This document shows, piece by piece, positions 54,561-64,000 of a stretch of 64,000 nucleotides of DNA (positions within the stretch are counted from its first letter, which is position 1; every line of letters begins with the position of its first letter). Below the pieces are notes generated by a model. That model worked only from the letters and a program-made list of their open reading frames with translations. It was not told the origin of the DNA and made no database searches. Location of the stretch: contig JAQUAI010000005.1 of the NCBI GenBank assembly GCA_028687335.1, forward strand, positions 49,972-113,971, read 5' to 3'. The translations under genes were made by a program, and so were the position numbers. This DNA comes from Gallionella sp. (GTDB lineage Bacteria > Pseudomonadota > Gammaproteobacteria > Burkholderiales > Gallionellaceae).

Positions 54561-54776
54561 ATGCCCCACCGTAAGAAGATCATCTGGCGTTCTCCCACTG
54601 GCGATGTCATCGCTTGCGTGGAGAAGAACAAGGTTTTGCAAGAAAATCTGCACGAGATTCGTCAGGTCTGCCAAGATGCACTGGAAGACGCTGTACTGAT
54701 GGGCTGCGACGAGCAGCAGTTTCGCGCGGTCTTGGCCGAGCTGATTGCTTCGCTGGAGAGTAACTACAACGCGTAA
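54561..54776 (+). CDS. Small hypothetical protein
   Basis: Abuts the dcd stop; WR...G..IACVEK.KVL.ENL.E...QDALEDAVLMGC pattern; host-like codon use. Confidence 0.75.
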   Translation: MPHRKKIIWRSPTGDVIACVEKNKVLQENLHEIRQVCQDALEDAVLMGCDEQQFRAVLAELIASLESNYNA

Positions 54777-54846
54777 TGTTGCAATAATCGCCCGCTAAAC
54801 TGTGGCTTTCACCTAACAATATTTGATCTCCATTAGGAGTTAATAC

Positions 54847-57093
54847 ATGAAATTTCATTTTCCTATCATCATCATCGACGAAGACTTCCGTTCGGAAAAC
54901 GCCAGCGGTTTGGGTATCCGTTCGTTGGCCGACGCAATTCAAAAAGAGGGCATGGAAGTGCTGGGGGTAACCGGCTACGGCGACCTAACTTCTTTTGCTC
55001 AGCAACAGAGTCGCGCTTCGGCATTTTTGCTATCGATTGACGATGAAGAGTTTGGTGCCGGTAGTGCGGAAGAAACCGAAGTGGCGTTGAAGTCGCTGCG
55101 TGCTTTTGTTGAAGAGATTCGCTTTAAGAACGAAGACATCCCAATTTATCTATACGGTGAAACACGCACTTCGCGCCATATTCCGAACGACATCCTGCGT
55201 GAGTTGCACGGTTTCATTCACATGCATGAGGACACGCCCGAGTTCGTGGCGCGCCACATCATCCGCGAGGCTAAGTCCTATTTGGATTCGCTTGCGCCGC
55301 CGTTTTTCCGCGCGCTGCTGCACTACGCGCAGGATGGTTCGTATTCTTGGCACTGCCCCGGGCATTCCGGCGGCGTGGCTTTTTTGAAGAGTCCGGTCGG
55401 GCAGATGTTCCATCAATTTTTCGGCGAGAACATGCTGCGCGCCGATGTGTGCAACGCGGTGGACGAGCTAGGTCAGCTGCTTGATCACACGGGGCCGGTA
55501 GCCGCCTCCGAGCGCAACGCGGCGCGCATCTTTAATGCCGATCATCTGTTCTTCGTTACCAACGGTACTTCGACCTCAAACAAGATCGTGTGGCACTCGA
55601 CTGTGGCACCCGACGACATCGTGGTAGTGGATCGCAACTGTCATAAGTCCATCTTGCATTCGATCATGATGACGGGGGCAGTACCGGTGTTTTTGACACC
55701 GACTCGTAACCACTACGGCATCATCGGGCCGATTCCGAAATCCGAATTTGATATGGCCAGCATCCAAAGAAAAATTGATGCCAATCCATTCATTAAAGAT
55801 AAGACCAAAAAGCCACGCATTCTTACTATTACGCAAAGTACCTACGATGGTGTGGTGTACAACGTCGAGATGTTGAAAGAAATGCTGGATGGTCGCATCG
55901 ACACACTGCATTTTGACGAGGCATGGTTGCCGCACGCCGCGTTTCACGATTTCTACAAAGATATGCACGCTATCGGCAAAGACCGTCCGCGCGCGGCGGA
56001 ATCGATGATTTTTGCCACGCAATCCACGCATAAATTGCTGGCGGGTTTGTCGCAAGCTTCGCAAATTTTGGTGCGCGAATCGCAGAGCCGCAAGCTCAAC
56101 AGTCACGTGTTCAACGAGGCTTACTTGATGCACACATCGACCTCGCCGCAGTACGCCATTATCGCCTCGTGCGACGTGGCGGCGGCGATGATGGAATCCC
56201 CCGGAGGTCCCGCTTTGGTGGAAGAAAGTATTGCCGAAGCATTGGACTTCCGCCGCGCAATGCGCAAGGTGGATGCCGAGTTTGGCATGGACTGGTGGTT
56301 CCAAGTGTGGGGGCCGGAAAACATTGCCGAAGAAGGCATCGGTTCGCGCGAGGACTGGGTACTGCGTGCGCAGGATAAATGGCACGGCTTCGGCGCACTG
56401 GAGAGCGGCTTTAATATGCTCGACCCGATCAAGGCGACGATTATTACGCCGGGGCTGGATGTCGACGGCGACTTTTCTGACGGCGGCATACCCGCTTCGA
56501 TGGTGACTAAATATCTGGCCGAGCATGGCGTGATCGTGGAGAAGTGCGGGCTGTATTCCTTCTTCATCATGTTCACTATCGGCATCACCAAGGGCCGCTG
56601 GAATACGCTGCTGACCGCGTTGCAACAGTTCAAAGACGACTACGATAAGAATGCACCTATCTGGCGCATCCTGCCGGAATTTGCGGTGAAATTTCCGCGT
56701 TACGAGCGTGTTGGGCTGCGCGATTTGTGCCAGCAAATTCACGATGCGTACAAGGAGCACAACGTTGCGCGCATGACCACCGAAATGTATTTGTCGGATA
56801 TGCAGCCCGCGATGAAACCCTCTGATGCTTTCGCCAAAATGGCGCATGACGAAATCGAACGTGTGGAAATCGATCAACTTGAAGGGCGTATCACCGCCGT
56901 ATTGCTGACCCCGTATCCACCTGGTATTCCGTTGCTGATTCCGGGCGAAATATTCAATAAAACCATCGTTGACTACCTCAAGTTTGCGCGCGACTTCAGC
57001 CAAAAGCTGCCTGGTTTTGAAACCGATATTCACGGCTTGGTGGCCGAAGTGGTGAACGGTGAGAAGCGCTATTTTGTGGATTGCGTGAAGTAA
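54847..57093 (+). CDS. Arginine/lysine/ornithine decarboxylase (wing-domain type)
   Basis: HCPGHSGG, NGTSTSNK, HFDEAW, STHK (PLP Lys) and PYPPGIP. Confidence 0.95.
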   Translation: MKFHFPIIIIDEDFRSENASGLGIRSLADAIQKEGMEVLGVTGYGDLTSFAQQQSRASAFLLSIDDEEFGAGSAEETEVALKSLRAFVEEIRFKNEDIPIYLYGETRTSRHIPNDILRELHGFIHMHEDTPEFVARHIIREAKSYLDSLAPPFFRALLHYAQDGSYSWHCPGHSGGVAFLKSPVGQMFHQFFGENMLRADVCNAVDELGQLLDHTGPVAASERNAARIFNADHLFFVTNGTSTSNKIVWHSTVAPDDIVVVDRNCHKSILHSIMMTGAVPVFLTPTRNHYGIIGPIPKSEFDMASIQRKIDANPFIKDKTKKPRILTITQSTYDGVVYNVEMLKEMLDGRIDTLHFDEAWLPHAAFHDFYKDMHAIGKDRPRAAESMIFATQSTHKLLAGLSQASQILVRESQSRKLNSHVFNEAYLMHTSTSPQYAIIASCDVAAAMMESPGGPALVEESIAEALDFRRAMRKVDAEFGMDWWFQVWGPENIAEEGIGSREDWVLRAQDKWHGFGALESGFNMLDPIKATIITPGLDVDGDFSDGGIPASMVTKYLAEHGVIVEKCGLYSFFIMFTIGITKGRWNTLLTALQQFKDDYDKNAPIWRILPEFAVKFPRYERVGLRDLCQQIHDAYKEHNVARMTTEMYLSDMQPAMKPSDAFAKMAHDEIERVEIDQLEGRITAVLLTPYPPGIPLLIPGEIFNKTIVDYLKFARDFSQKLPGFETDIHGLVAEVVNGEKRYFVDCVK

Positions 57094-57104
57094 TTCGGGC
57101 TCGC

Positions 57105-57506
57105 ATGTCACAGGCATTTAATCCCGCCGAGGACAAAATACGCATCGACAAATGGCTGTGGGCTGCGCGTTTTTATAAAACCCGCAGCCTCGCTGTAGAT
57201 GCGGTGGAAAGCGGAAAAGTGACCATGGACGGTGCGCGTGTCAAACCGGCCAAAACCGTCGGCGCAGGTGATATGTTGGTGTTGCGTCTCGGCCCTCATC
57301 ATGTTGAAGTCGAAGTGCTGGGAATCTCCAATAAACGCGGCTCTGCCCCTATCGCGCAAAAGCTTTATCGCGAGACAGAGGCCAGCCGAGTTCAGCGCGA
57401 AAAACTAGCTGCCGAAATCAAAGCGCAAGATGTTTCCTTTGCCTTCAAAGGCAGGCCCAGTAAAAAAGATCGCCGCGATATTTCTCGTGTCAGAGATGTC
57501 TGGTGA
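57105..57506 (+). CDS. hslR: Ribosome-associated heat shock protein Hsp15
   Basis: RIDKWLWAARFYKTRSLA and GRPSKKDRR. Confidence 0.93.
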   Translation: MSQAFNPAEDKIRIDKWLWAARFYKTRSLAVDAVESGKVTMDGARVKPAKTVGAGDMLVLRLGPHHVEVEVLGISNKRGSAPIAQKLYRETEASRVQREKLAAEIKAQDVSFAFKGRPSKKDRRDISRVRDVW

Positions 57507-58023
57507 CAAACCTGCGCAGTCGCGTGCTGCCAAATGGCGTGGTTACGCCGTCAATCTGCTTATCGTTATTATCGTCGTCACCCTCGTTCGTACATGGCAG
57601 CAGCGTGACATCGTTAGTGGCATTGCACCGCCCTTGCGGGGCGTGACACTGGCGGGTCAGTCCTACAGGCTTCCCGCGCATCCCCAACAGCCGGTTCTGG
57701 TTCACTTCTGGGCGACATGGTGCCCGGTATGTCGCACCGAACAAGGCAACATCGCTGCCATCGCGCATGACCATCCGAACACCATCACCGTCGCTATGAA
57801 CAGCGGACTCACCAACGAAGTGAAGCGATACATGCAAGAGCAGGGGGTAGACTTCCCCACAGTGAATGATCCCGATGGCAGCATCTCAGAAACGTGGGGA
57901 GTACACGCCGTACCCGCCAGCTTTATCATCGCACCGGATGGAAAGATACAGTTCGTCGAAGTGGGTTACACCACCGAGGTGGGGCTCAGGCTGAGATTGT
58001 GGTGGGCAGGGGTTTTATTTTGA
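57496..58023 (+). CDS. Membrane-anchored thioredoxin-like disulfide oxidoreductase
   Basis: HFWATWCPVC, cis-Pro VP and GLRLRLW; probable start 57496. Confidence 0.88.
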   Translation: MSGDKPAQSRAAKWRGYAVNLLIVIIVVTLVRTWQQRDIVSGIAPPLRGVTLAGQSYRLPAHPQQPVLVHFWATWCPVCRTEQGNIAAIAHDHPNTITVAMNSGLTNEVKRYMQEQGVDFPTVNDPDGSISETWGVHAVPASFIIAPDGKIQFVEVGYTTEVGLRLRLWWAGVLF

Positions 58024-58064
58024 GAGGCCGCTGTTAACCCATAAGAGACATCGACAACGGAATG

Positions 58065-58738
58065 CTATTTCTGATTGATGCAACTCTGATACGGAGCTGC
58101 CTCACCCGGAACTATGGGACATAACTTAAGTGGGGTAATTATCTTCAATTTATTTATCCACGCAACAGTATCTAGTTGGATTGGCTTATTCGAAGCAACA
58201 CCTCGCTCGGCCCATTGAAAAGAATAATCATCATACTGACCTTTAAATGCGATTGTTATTGCAGTAGTGCTATATGGAGGCTCTCCGGGTTTATTTGCTA
58301 GGCCGCAACTAACTACCGTACCCACTGCTTCGTACACACTGCTTCGTACACACTAAACTTAATTGTCCCTAAATCAACGGCACTAAAGGTGCTGGGGCAA
58401 GTCATCTGAAAAACCCCCGTAATCTGACTAACCATCATATGGGGCAAAAAAAAAGGATCGGATGCAAGTCCTTTAGCGCCAGAAATTGAAATCCATTTAG
58501 TAAATTTTTCTTTCGATTCATTCTCAGGTAGAAATAACTGAGCATATCGAGGTCCCTTTGTGACTTCAGAAACAGACTTAAATCCTTTCGGTAGTGTAAT
58601 GCCCACGAGCTGACCAAAAACTGGATATGCAATAAATGATGCTCCGTTGCTATCTTTCTTTTCTATACCTTCATCAGCATAGGCAGTGGCAGCAAGAATT
58701 GAGAGCATAGATATGGATGCGAACAACTGTTTAAACAT
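58065..58738 (-). pseudogene. Exported hypothetical protein split by a 14-bp tandem duplication
   Basis: CACTGCTTCGTACA x2 at 58323-58350. Removing one copy joins ORFs 58313-58738 and 58065-58337 into a 219-aa ORF with a signal peptide. Confidence 0.85.
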
Positions 58739-58872
58739 TCAACGTCTCCTCGTTTGCTGCCATACGTTAAGAAAATAGGCTGCCTACTTATTGTGGAACT
58801 CAACGAATAAAAGGGGGCGAGCTGTTGCCCAGTATAGCTTGACTGCAAAGTTAACCAATTTATGACTATTGA

Positions 58873-59559
58873 TTATTTGCAACGATCTCTATTCCCATAG
58901 CGCTCATCATGTATGAGGGGGGTAATGCAATCCAGGGTAAACGTCAGGTCTTCTGCTGCCATTGGTGTGCTGACAACTGCATAGAGGTGCTGCTGATTAT
59001 CAATTGAAATGACATATCCGATAGGCAAAGGATAATGATTGTCCGGAGTGGTTTCCTTGGGAAAAATCATTGAGGTAAGTGCGGGAGTTGGATTGCTGCC
59101 AACCTTCTCAATTACTGCACTGTGTCCTTTTACAAAGTCCAGAGCTAACTGGGTCTTGACTCTATTTTTATGTTGGAATGTTTCACGCTGTTGCCACAGG
59201 GCAAAGTAAATAACTCCAACTAAAAGAATAAATAACCAACAGGCAGTAACAATGGTTTTATGAGATTGCTTCTCACTTTTCCACTCTCTCACCGAGATTC
59301 CTACTGCAGAACCAACAACAAGCCCCAATAAAGGGCCAGGCACAAGAAGGTACGCTGTCAGAACAAACGCAAGAAAGGCATATCCGCTAAGTCCAGCAAT
59401 AGTTAGTGAATATAGTGCAACCAAGGTGAGAACTATAAGCATGAACCCTAGTGTAAATTTGCCTAATTGTATTTTTGAATCTGCGTACCTAAATGACTTA
59501 TAAGCCTTATAAGCGAATATGAAAAATAACGGCGCTATCAAAATAATCTTTTGAAGCAT
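58873..59559 (-). CDS. Hypothetical membrane protein, low GC
   Basis: About 4 hydrophobic segments plus a soluble C-terminal domain; AGGAG RBS. Confidence 0.7.
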   Translation of the reverse strand: MLQKIILIAPLFFIFAYKAYKSFRYADSKIQLGKFTLGFMLIVLTLVALYSLTIAGLSGYAFLAFVLTAYLLVPGPLLGLVVGSAVGISVREWKSEKQSHKTIVTACWLFILLVGVIYFALWQQRETFQHKNRVKTQLALDFVKGHSAVIEKVGSNPTPALTSMIFPKETTPDNHYPLPIGYVISIDNQQHLYAVVSTPMAAEDLTFTLDCITPLIHDERYGNRDRCK

Positions 59560-59644
59560 CTAAAACTCCTAGAAATTGCTTGTCCGCATATGCATTACCA
59601 AAAAGGTAAATGTCTGCTTCTGGCCGAACTGCGACGGTCAGTAT

Positions 59645-61591
59645 TTAACCTCGGCGTGCGTGGAAAGTCACGGGCACCACGCTCGGTGGTGCCGATCTCA
59701 AAACATGTTTTTTTATCTTGCCCATCACGTGCATTTCGCACGCTTTGCAATCGAATTCCAGACGCAATTTCTCACTGCCGTTGATGAGTGTCATCGGTTC
59801 GGCGCGCACTTGGCCCTGTACGCCGATTACGCCTTTGGCTTGTTTGGGGCAGAGACTTAAAGAGTAGCGGATGCAGTGGCGTGTGATCATCAGCGATACA
59901 TCACCTTCTTCTTTATGCGATTCGTAAGCAGCGGCGATAAGTTGTACGCCGTGTTTTTTATAGAAGGTGTTGGCGGCTTTGTTGTAGACGTTGGCAAGGA
60001 AGGAGAGCGATTCTTCTGGGTATTTCGCGGGCGGCTCGATTGCGGCTTTGCGCGCCAGGCGGGTATATGCCGCGAGGCGGGCAGTTGTAAGCTGCTCGAC
60101 TGCGTCGCGGCGCAGTTTATTGATGAGTGAGCTGGGGATGAACCACGGCTGCGTCCAGTCGATGCTTAGCCCGCACAATTCAAAATCGGTATTGCCGAAA
60201 CGCGCGAGTTGTTCGCGCACATTTGTTTCGGCTTCTGCGGGATTCTTCGCGGTTTGTTTGTCGAAGACGGCAGTTGCGGTGGCGTGGATGCCGTCTTCGT
60301 CTTGCAGGGTGAGTGCGAAGCCTGCTTCGGTTTCAGCAAAGGTGGCAGTCACAGTGATATGGCGCTCGGCGGATTTTTTGCTTAATGCCTGTTCCCACGC
60401 GTGGTCGCTGTTGCGGTTGATTTCCAGCCCAACACACAGACCTTCCAGTTCGAACATTTTTTCATTCGGCCACACGCGCCAAACGTTGTCGCTTTGCTTT
60501 ACGCTGTTAGCGCGAATGCCCCGCGTTTCGCGTTTGTGCAGATAATTTAGTCCGTCGCCGTTGGCCAGCAGGGCATCAGTTTCAATCTCAAACCAGTCGG
60601 GACCGATTTTGCTGACAGTGCCTAGATTCAGGCCGACGAAGCTGGGGCTATCGAATGCACCTATATCCGCTTTGCGCCCGTTAGAAAAATAGTCTGTTGC
60701 GCCGCGATGAAAGGTTTTGTCGGGATCGGGCGTGAATAGCAGCTTGGTTTTGCCACTGGATGCTGCACTCAGATCGGGACGCTCGTCGAGTATCTGGTCG
60801 AGCAGTTGGCGATAGTGACCAGTGATGTTTTTTACATAGGGCGCATCTTTGTAGCGTCCCTCGATTTTGAAGCTGCGCACACCGGCGGCGATGAGTGCGC
60901 GCAGGTTGTCGCTCTGGTTGTTGTCTTTCACCGAGAGTAGGTGTTTGTCGTAAGCGACGATGCGTCCCTGCGCATCTTCCAGCGTGTAAGGCAGACGGCA
61001 AGCCTGCGAGCAGTCGCCGCGATTGGCGCTACGCCCCGTATGCGCGTGGCTGATGTTGCACTGGCCCGAATAGGCTACGCACAGCGCGCCGTGAATGAAG
61101 TGTTCGATCACGGTGTCGGCGGGAACGGCGGCACGTACTTTGGTGATCTCGCCGATGGTGAGTTCGCGCGCCAGTACCAATTGAGAGAATCCCACGTCAG
61201 CCAAAAAGCGGGCTTTTTCCGGCGTGCGGATGTCGCACTGTGTCGAGGCGTGCAGGTCGATGGGCGGTAGGTCGAGTTCGAGCAGCCCCATGTCTTGCAC
61301 GATCAAGGCATCCACGCCCGCGTCGTAACATTCCCAAGCCAGCTTGCGCGCTGCTTCCAGTTCGGCATCGTGCAGGATGGTATTGAGGGTGACGTAGATT
61401 TTGGTGCGGAAGCGGTGAGCATCGTTCACCAGCCCGGCAATTTCCGCCATTGAATTCCCCGCTTTGTCGCGCGCGCCGAATGAGGGGCCGCCGATGTAAA
61501 TCGCATCGGCACCGTGCACGAGGGCATCACGTCCGATGGCTGCGGTTTTGGCGGGGGCGAGGAGTTCGAGGAATGGATAGGTCGGGGACAT
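59645..61591 (-). CDS. U32-family protein (RlhA/YdcP-like)
   Basis: LELLAPA, HASTQ, HGALCVAYSGQC, SANRGDCSQACR and KIEGR. Confidence 0.92.
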   Translation of the reverse strand: MSPTYPFLELLAPAKTAAIGRDALVHGADAIYIGGPSFGARDKAGNSMAEIAGLVNDAHRFRTKIYVTLNTILHDAELEAARKLAWECYDAGVDALIVQDMGLLELDLPPIDLHASTQCDIRTPEKARFLADVGFSQLVLARELTIGEITKVRAAVPADTVIEHFIHGALCVAYSGQCNISHAHTGRSANRGDCSQACRLPYTLEDAQGRIVAYDKHLLSVKDNNQSDNLRALIAAGVRSFKIEGRYKDAPYVKNITGHYRQLLDQILDERPDLSAASSGKTKLLFTPDPDKTFHRGATDYFSNGRKADIGAFDSPSFVGLNLGTVSKIGPDWFEIETDALLANGDGLNYLHKRETRGIRANSVKQSDNVWRVWPNEKMFELEGLCVGLEINRNSDHAWEQALSKKSAERHITVTATFAETEAGFALTLQDEDGIHATATAVFDKQTAKNPAEAETNVREQLARFGNTDFELCGLSIDWTQPWFIPSSLINKLRRDAVEQLTTARLAAYTRLARKAAIEPPAKYPEESLSFLANVYNKAANTFYKKHGVQLIAAAYESHKEEGDVSLMITRHCIRYSLSLCPKQAKGVIGVQGQVRAEPMTLINGSEKLRLEFDCKACEMHVMGKIKKHVLRSAPPSVVPVTFHARRG

Positions 61592-61617
61592 GCGGCGCGA
61601 TTATACCGGAGTGAATG

Positions 61618-62049
61618 CTAGCGCCGGTTCGGACATTTTGTTTTGGTGCAGTCGGCGTAGATGTGCAGAGAGTGATCTTGTATGGCAAAGCCGAGATCGG
61701 ACACGACTTTTTTCTGGCGCGTTTCGATGGCGCTGTCGTAAAACTCTTCGACATGGCCGCATTGCAAACACACGATGTGGTCGTGGTGCGTTCCTTCGTT
61801 CAGTTCGAATACCGATTTGCCGCCTTCGAAATTGTGGCGGACCAAGAGTCCCGCTTGTGCAAACTGGGTCAGAACTCGATAAACCGTGGCGAGTCCGACG
61901 CTTTCCCCGTCGGCTAGCAGTTGTTTGTATACGTCTTCGGCGCTCATATGGCGCTCCTGCCCGCGTTGAAATAGATCCAAAACCTTGAGTCTTGGTAGGG
62001 TGGATTTCAATCCGGCGCTTTTCAGGTGTTCGGGTTGCGGGGTATCCAT
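61618..62049 (-). CDS. fur: Ferric uptake regulator Fur
   Basis: GLKSTLPR, GLATVYRVL and HHDHIVCLQCG. Confidence 0.93.
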   Translation of the reverse strand: MDTPQPEHLKSAGLKSTLPRLKVLDLFQRGQERHMSAEDVYKQLLADGESVGLATVYRVLTQFAQAGLLVRHNFEGGKSVFELNEGTHHDHIVCLQCGHVEEFYDSAIETRQKKVVSDLGFAIQDHSLHIYADCTKTKCPNRR

Positions 62050-62083
62050 TTGCGGCTCTCCTGATTTTTTTGCATGGTGACAG

Positions 62084-62138
62084 AATACGCTTGCTGATGC
62101 AAATGAGAACGATTATCATTTGCATCAGCAAGCGTATT
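62084..62138. promoter_or_regulatory. 55-bp palindrome with Fur-box core between divergent genes
   Basis: AATACGCTTGCTGATGCAAATGA-N9-TCATTTGCATCAGCAAGCGTATT; core AATGAGAACGATTATCATT. Confidence 0.85.
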
Positions 62139-62161
62139 ATTATTCAATTCGGGAGGTTGTC

Positions 62162-62899
62162 ATGAATAAAGCAGCGGTATGCAGTCTGTGTCTTCTTTGT
62201 ATTACCACAACAGCCTATGCGGGGCCGGCTGACTATTTGTATACGCCGCATATCGAATATGGTGAGCGCGAGCTGGATATCAAATACGGCAATGCCTCGA
62301 CAGCAACCGGAGCAGCGGTGCAAGCGGCAAGCATAGGTCTGGGCTACGGTGTAAGTGAGTATTGGTTTACCGAAGGGTATTTGAAGCAGAAGCGGGGGGC
62401 GGCGGGTGACAGCACTTATGTTGAGTGGGAAAACCGTTTTTTAATCGCGCCAGAGGGAGTGAAAGCGGTGGATGTCGGATGGGTGACGGAACTGGAAATG
62501 CCACTGACTAAGGGGCAGCCTTGGGAGTTCAGGATGGGGCCATTGTTTCAGAAGCGGCTGGGGGATTTTCGTCTGAACGGTAATGTGATTTTTGAGCGCG
62601 CGTTCGGTGCGCCGGACGAACATGGCACTGCGTTTGCGACGAATCTGGGATACCAATGGCAAGCACGTTATCACGGTAAAAATGGGATTGATTTCGGCGT
62701 GCAGGGATTCGGAGAAGTGGGTGCTTGGAATCGTTGGAGTACGTCAAACCAACAAAATCACCGCGCTGGGCCGGTGATGTATGGCAAGGTCAATCTTGCC
62801 AGTCATGTCAGCATCAAATACAACGCAGCTTGGTTGTTTGGTCTGAGTGGCGGCGCACCTGACCATACTTTTAGATTGCAACTTGAACATGAGTTCTGA
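62162..62899 (+). CDS. Putative iron-regulated outer-membrane beta-barrel protein
   Basis: Signal peptide ending AYA; alternating beta-strand pattern; C-terminal RLQLEHEF; GGAGG RBS; Fur box upstream. Confidence 0.7.
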   Translation: MNKAAVCSLCLLCITTTAYAGPADYLYTPHIEYGERELDIKYGNASTATGAAVQAASIGLGYGVSEYWFTEGYLKQKRGAAGDSTYVEWENRFLIAPEGVKAVDVGWVTELEMPLTKGQPWEFRMGPLFQKRLGDFRLNGNVIFERAFGAPDEHGTAFATNLGYQWQARYHGKNGIDFGVQGFGEVGAWNRWSTSNQQNHRAGPVMYGKVNLASHVSIKYNAAWLFGLSGGAPDHTFRLQLEHEF

Positions 62900-62926
62900 G
62901 GAGGGCTTACCCTCCGCAGAACTCAT
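62889..62926. terminator. Hairpin between convergent genes
   Basis: ATGAGTTCTG.GGAGG-N-CCTCC.CAGAACTCAT. Confidence 0.6.
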
Positions 62927-62929
62927 ATG

Positions 62930-64000
62930 TCATGCGAGGAACCCACGCTCACGCAGTGTGGTGATGATTTCATTGATAACGCTGGTGTCGTCTATGGTTG
63001 AGGGTACGGTGTACTCTCGTCCATTGACGATGCAGTTGAGTGTTTTGCGCAGCGTTTTGCCGGAACGGGTTTTGGGTAATCGTTTCAGAATGACCGTGTT
63101 TTTGTAACAGGCAATACCGCCGATATGTTCGCGGATGCGGGCGATGAGTTCTTTTTCTAGAGCCTCCTCGTCGATGGTCGCACCAGACTTCAGCACCACC
63201 AATCCCATCGGCACTTGTCCTTTCAGATCGTCGTCGCGCGCGATGACGGCACATTCCGCAACGGCGGGATGACCTGCCACGACCTCTTCGATCTCGCCGG
63301 TGGAGAGACGGTGTCCTGCCACGTTGATCACATCGTCCACGCGGCCCATCACGAACACATAACCTTCATCGTCGATGTAACCGCCGTCGCCCGTGGTGTA
63401 GTAGCCGGGCAGGAATTGCAGATAGCCCTCACGGAATTTGTCGTCGTCGCCCCACACGCGATTCATACATGAAGGCGGCAGCGGCAACTTGATGGCGATG
63501 TAGCCTTGCTCGTTGGCTGCCATCTGCTTGCCGTTCTCATCGAGGATGCGCACATCAAAGCCTGGAGTGGGCAGGGTAGAGGAGCCCAGCTTCACTGGCT
63601 TGGGCTCCACGCCCCACAAGTTGGCGGTGATGCCCCAACCCGTTTCGGTTTGCCACCAATGGTCAACCACCGTCTTGCCACTCTTCTCGGTGAGCCATTC
63701 TTGTGTCGGCGGATCGAGACGTTCGCCTGCGGAGAAGATGACCTGCAACTTGCTCAAGTCGTAAGGCTTCATCAGCAGTGCATCGGGGTCTTCCTTCTTC
63801 ACTGCGCGGAACGCGGTGGGCGCGGTGAAGAAGGATTTAACTTTGTATTCCGAGATGATGCGCCACAACGCACCTGCATCCGGCGTCATGATGGGTTTGC
63901 CTTCGTACACGATGGTCGTGCAGCCTTGCAGCAGCGGGCCATACACGATGTAAGAGTGACCGACCACCCAACCCACGTCCGACGCTGCCCAGAATACATC
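62930..64000 (-). CDS. prpE: Propionyl-CoA synthetase / acyl-CoA synthetase, partial (5' end beyond the window)
   Basis: SDVGWVVGHSYIVYGPL, DHWWQTETG, GRVDDVINVAGHRLST and LPKTRSGK. Confidence 0.88.
   Translation of the reverse strand, partial: DVFWAASDVGWVVGHSYIVYGPLLQGCTTIVYEGKPIMTPDAGALWRIISEYKVKSFFTAPTAFRAVKKEDPDALLMKPYDLSKLQVIFSAGERLDPPTQEWLTEKSGKTVVDHWWQTETGWGITANLWGVEPKPVKLGSSTLPTPGFDVRILDENGKQMAANEQGYIAIKLPLPPSCMNRVWGDDDKFREGYLQFLPGYYTTGDGGYIDDEGYVFVMGRVDDVINVAGHRLSTGEIEEVVAGHPAVAECAVIARDDDLKGQVPMGLVVLKSGATIDEEALEKELIARIREHIGGIACYKNTVILKRLPKTRSGKTLRKTLNCIVNGREYTVPSTIDDTSVINEIITTLRERGFLA

Noticed and set aside
55576-57117. 513-aa antisense ORF, and similar shadow ORFs over groEL, prfC, selO and metK
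   Set aside because: They lie opposite well-conserved genes, have no recognisable motifs, and are explained by codon bias.

Overview
Chromosomal window of a betaproteobacterium; gene content and order suggest Nitrosomonadales, possibly Gallionellaceae (inference). Most of it is housekeeping: ettA, prfC, tRNA-Phe, groEL/groES, bioA, dacB, ubiD, lipid A acyltransferases, metK, asmA, mutY, greB, selO, purN/purM, hda, flhDC-motAB, an Ehr-type six-gene complex, metG, dcd, a basic amino acid decarboxylase, hslR, a U32 protein, fur and a partial prpE. The notable parts are accessory and non-coding. (1) Positions 1-4749 are a co-oriented array of toxin-antitoxin/defence cassettes behind ettA, with no integrase. 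It contains a second, almost synonymously diverged copy of the ettA 3' end and short GGGGACAGAC-type repeats at cassette junctions, including a perfect 23-bp inverted pair around a HEPN-like gene. (2) A candidate sigma28-driven ~85-nt sRNA lies upstream of flhDC; its two CCCCUUG loops are complementary to two CAAGGGG sites in the flhD leader, one being the Shine-Dalgarno. (3) A 141-bp tandem element behind metK duplicates and base-pairs with the metK 3' end and is built from GNA/GNRA mini-hairpins. (4) metG carries an in-frame palindromic insertion and an AT-rich patch. (5) A 55-bp palindrome with a Fur-box core separates fur from a divergent beta-barrel gene. (6) A low-GC islet has a gene frameshifted by a 14-bp tandem duplication. 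No CRISPR array, rRNA, integrase or transposase was seen. All family assignments come from motif recognition, not database searches.
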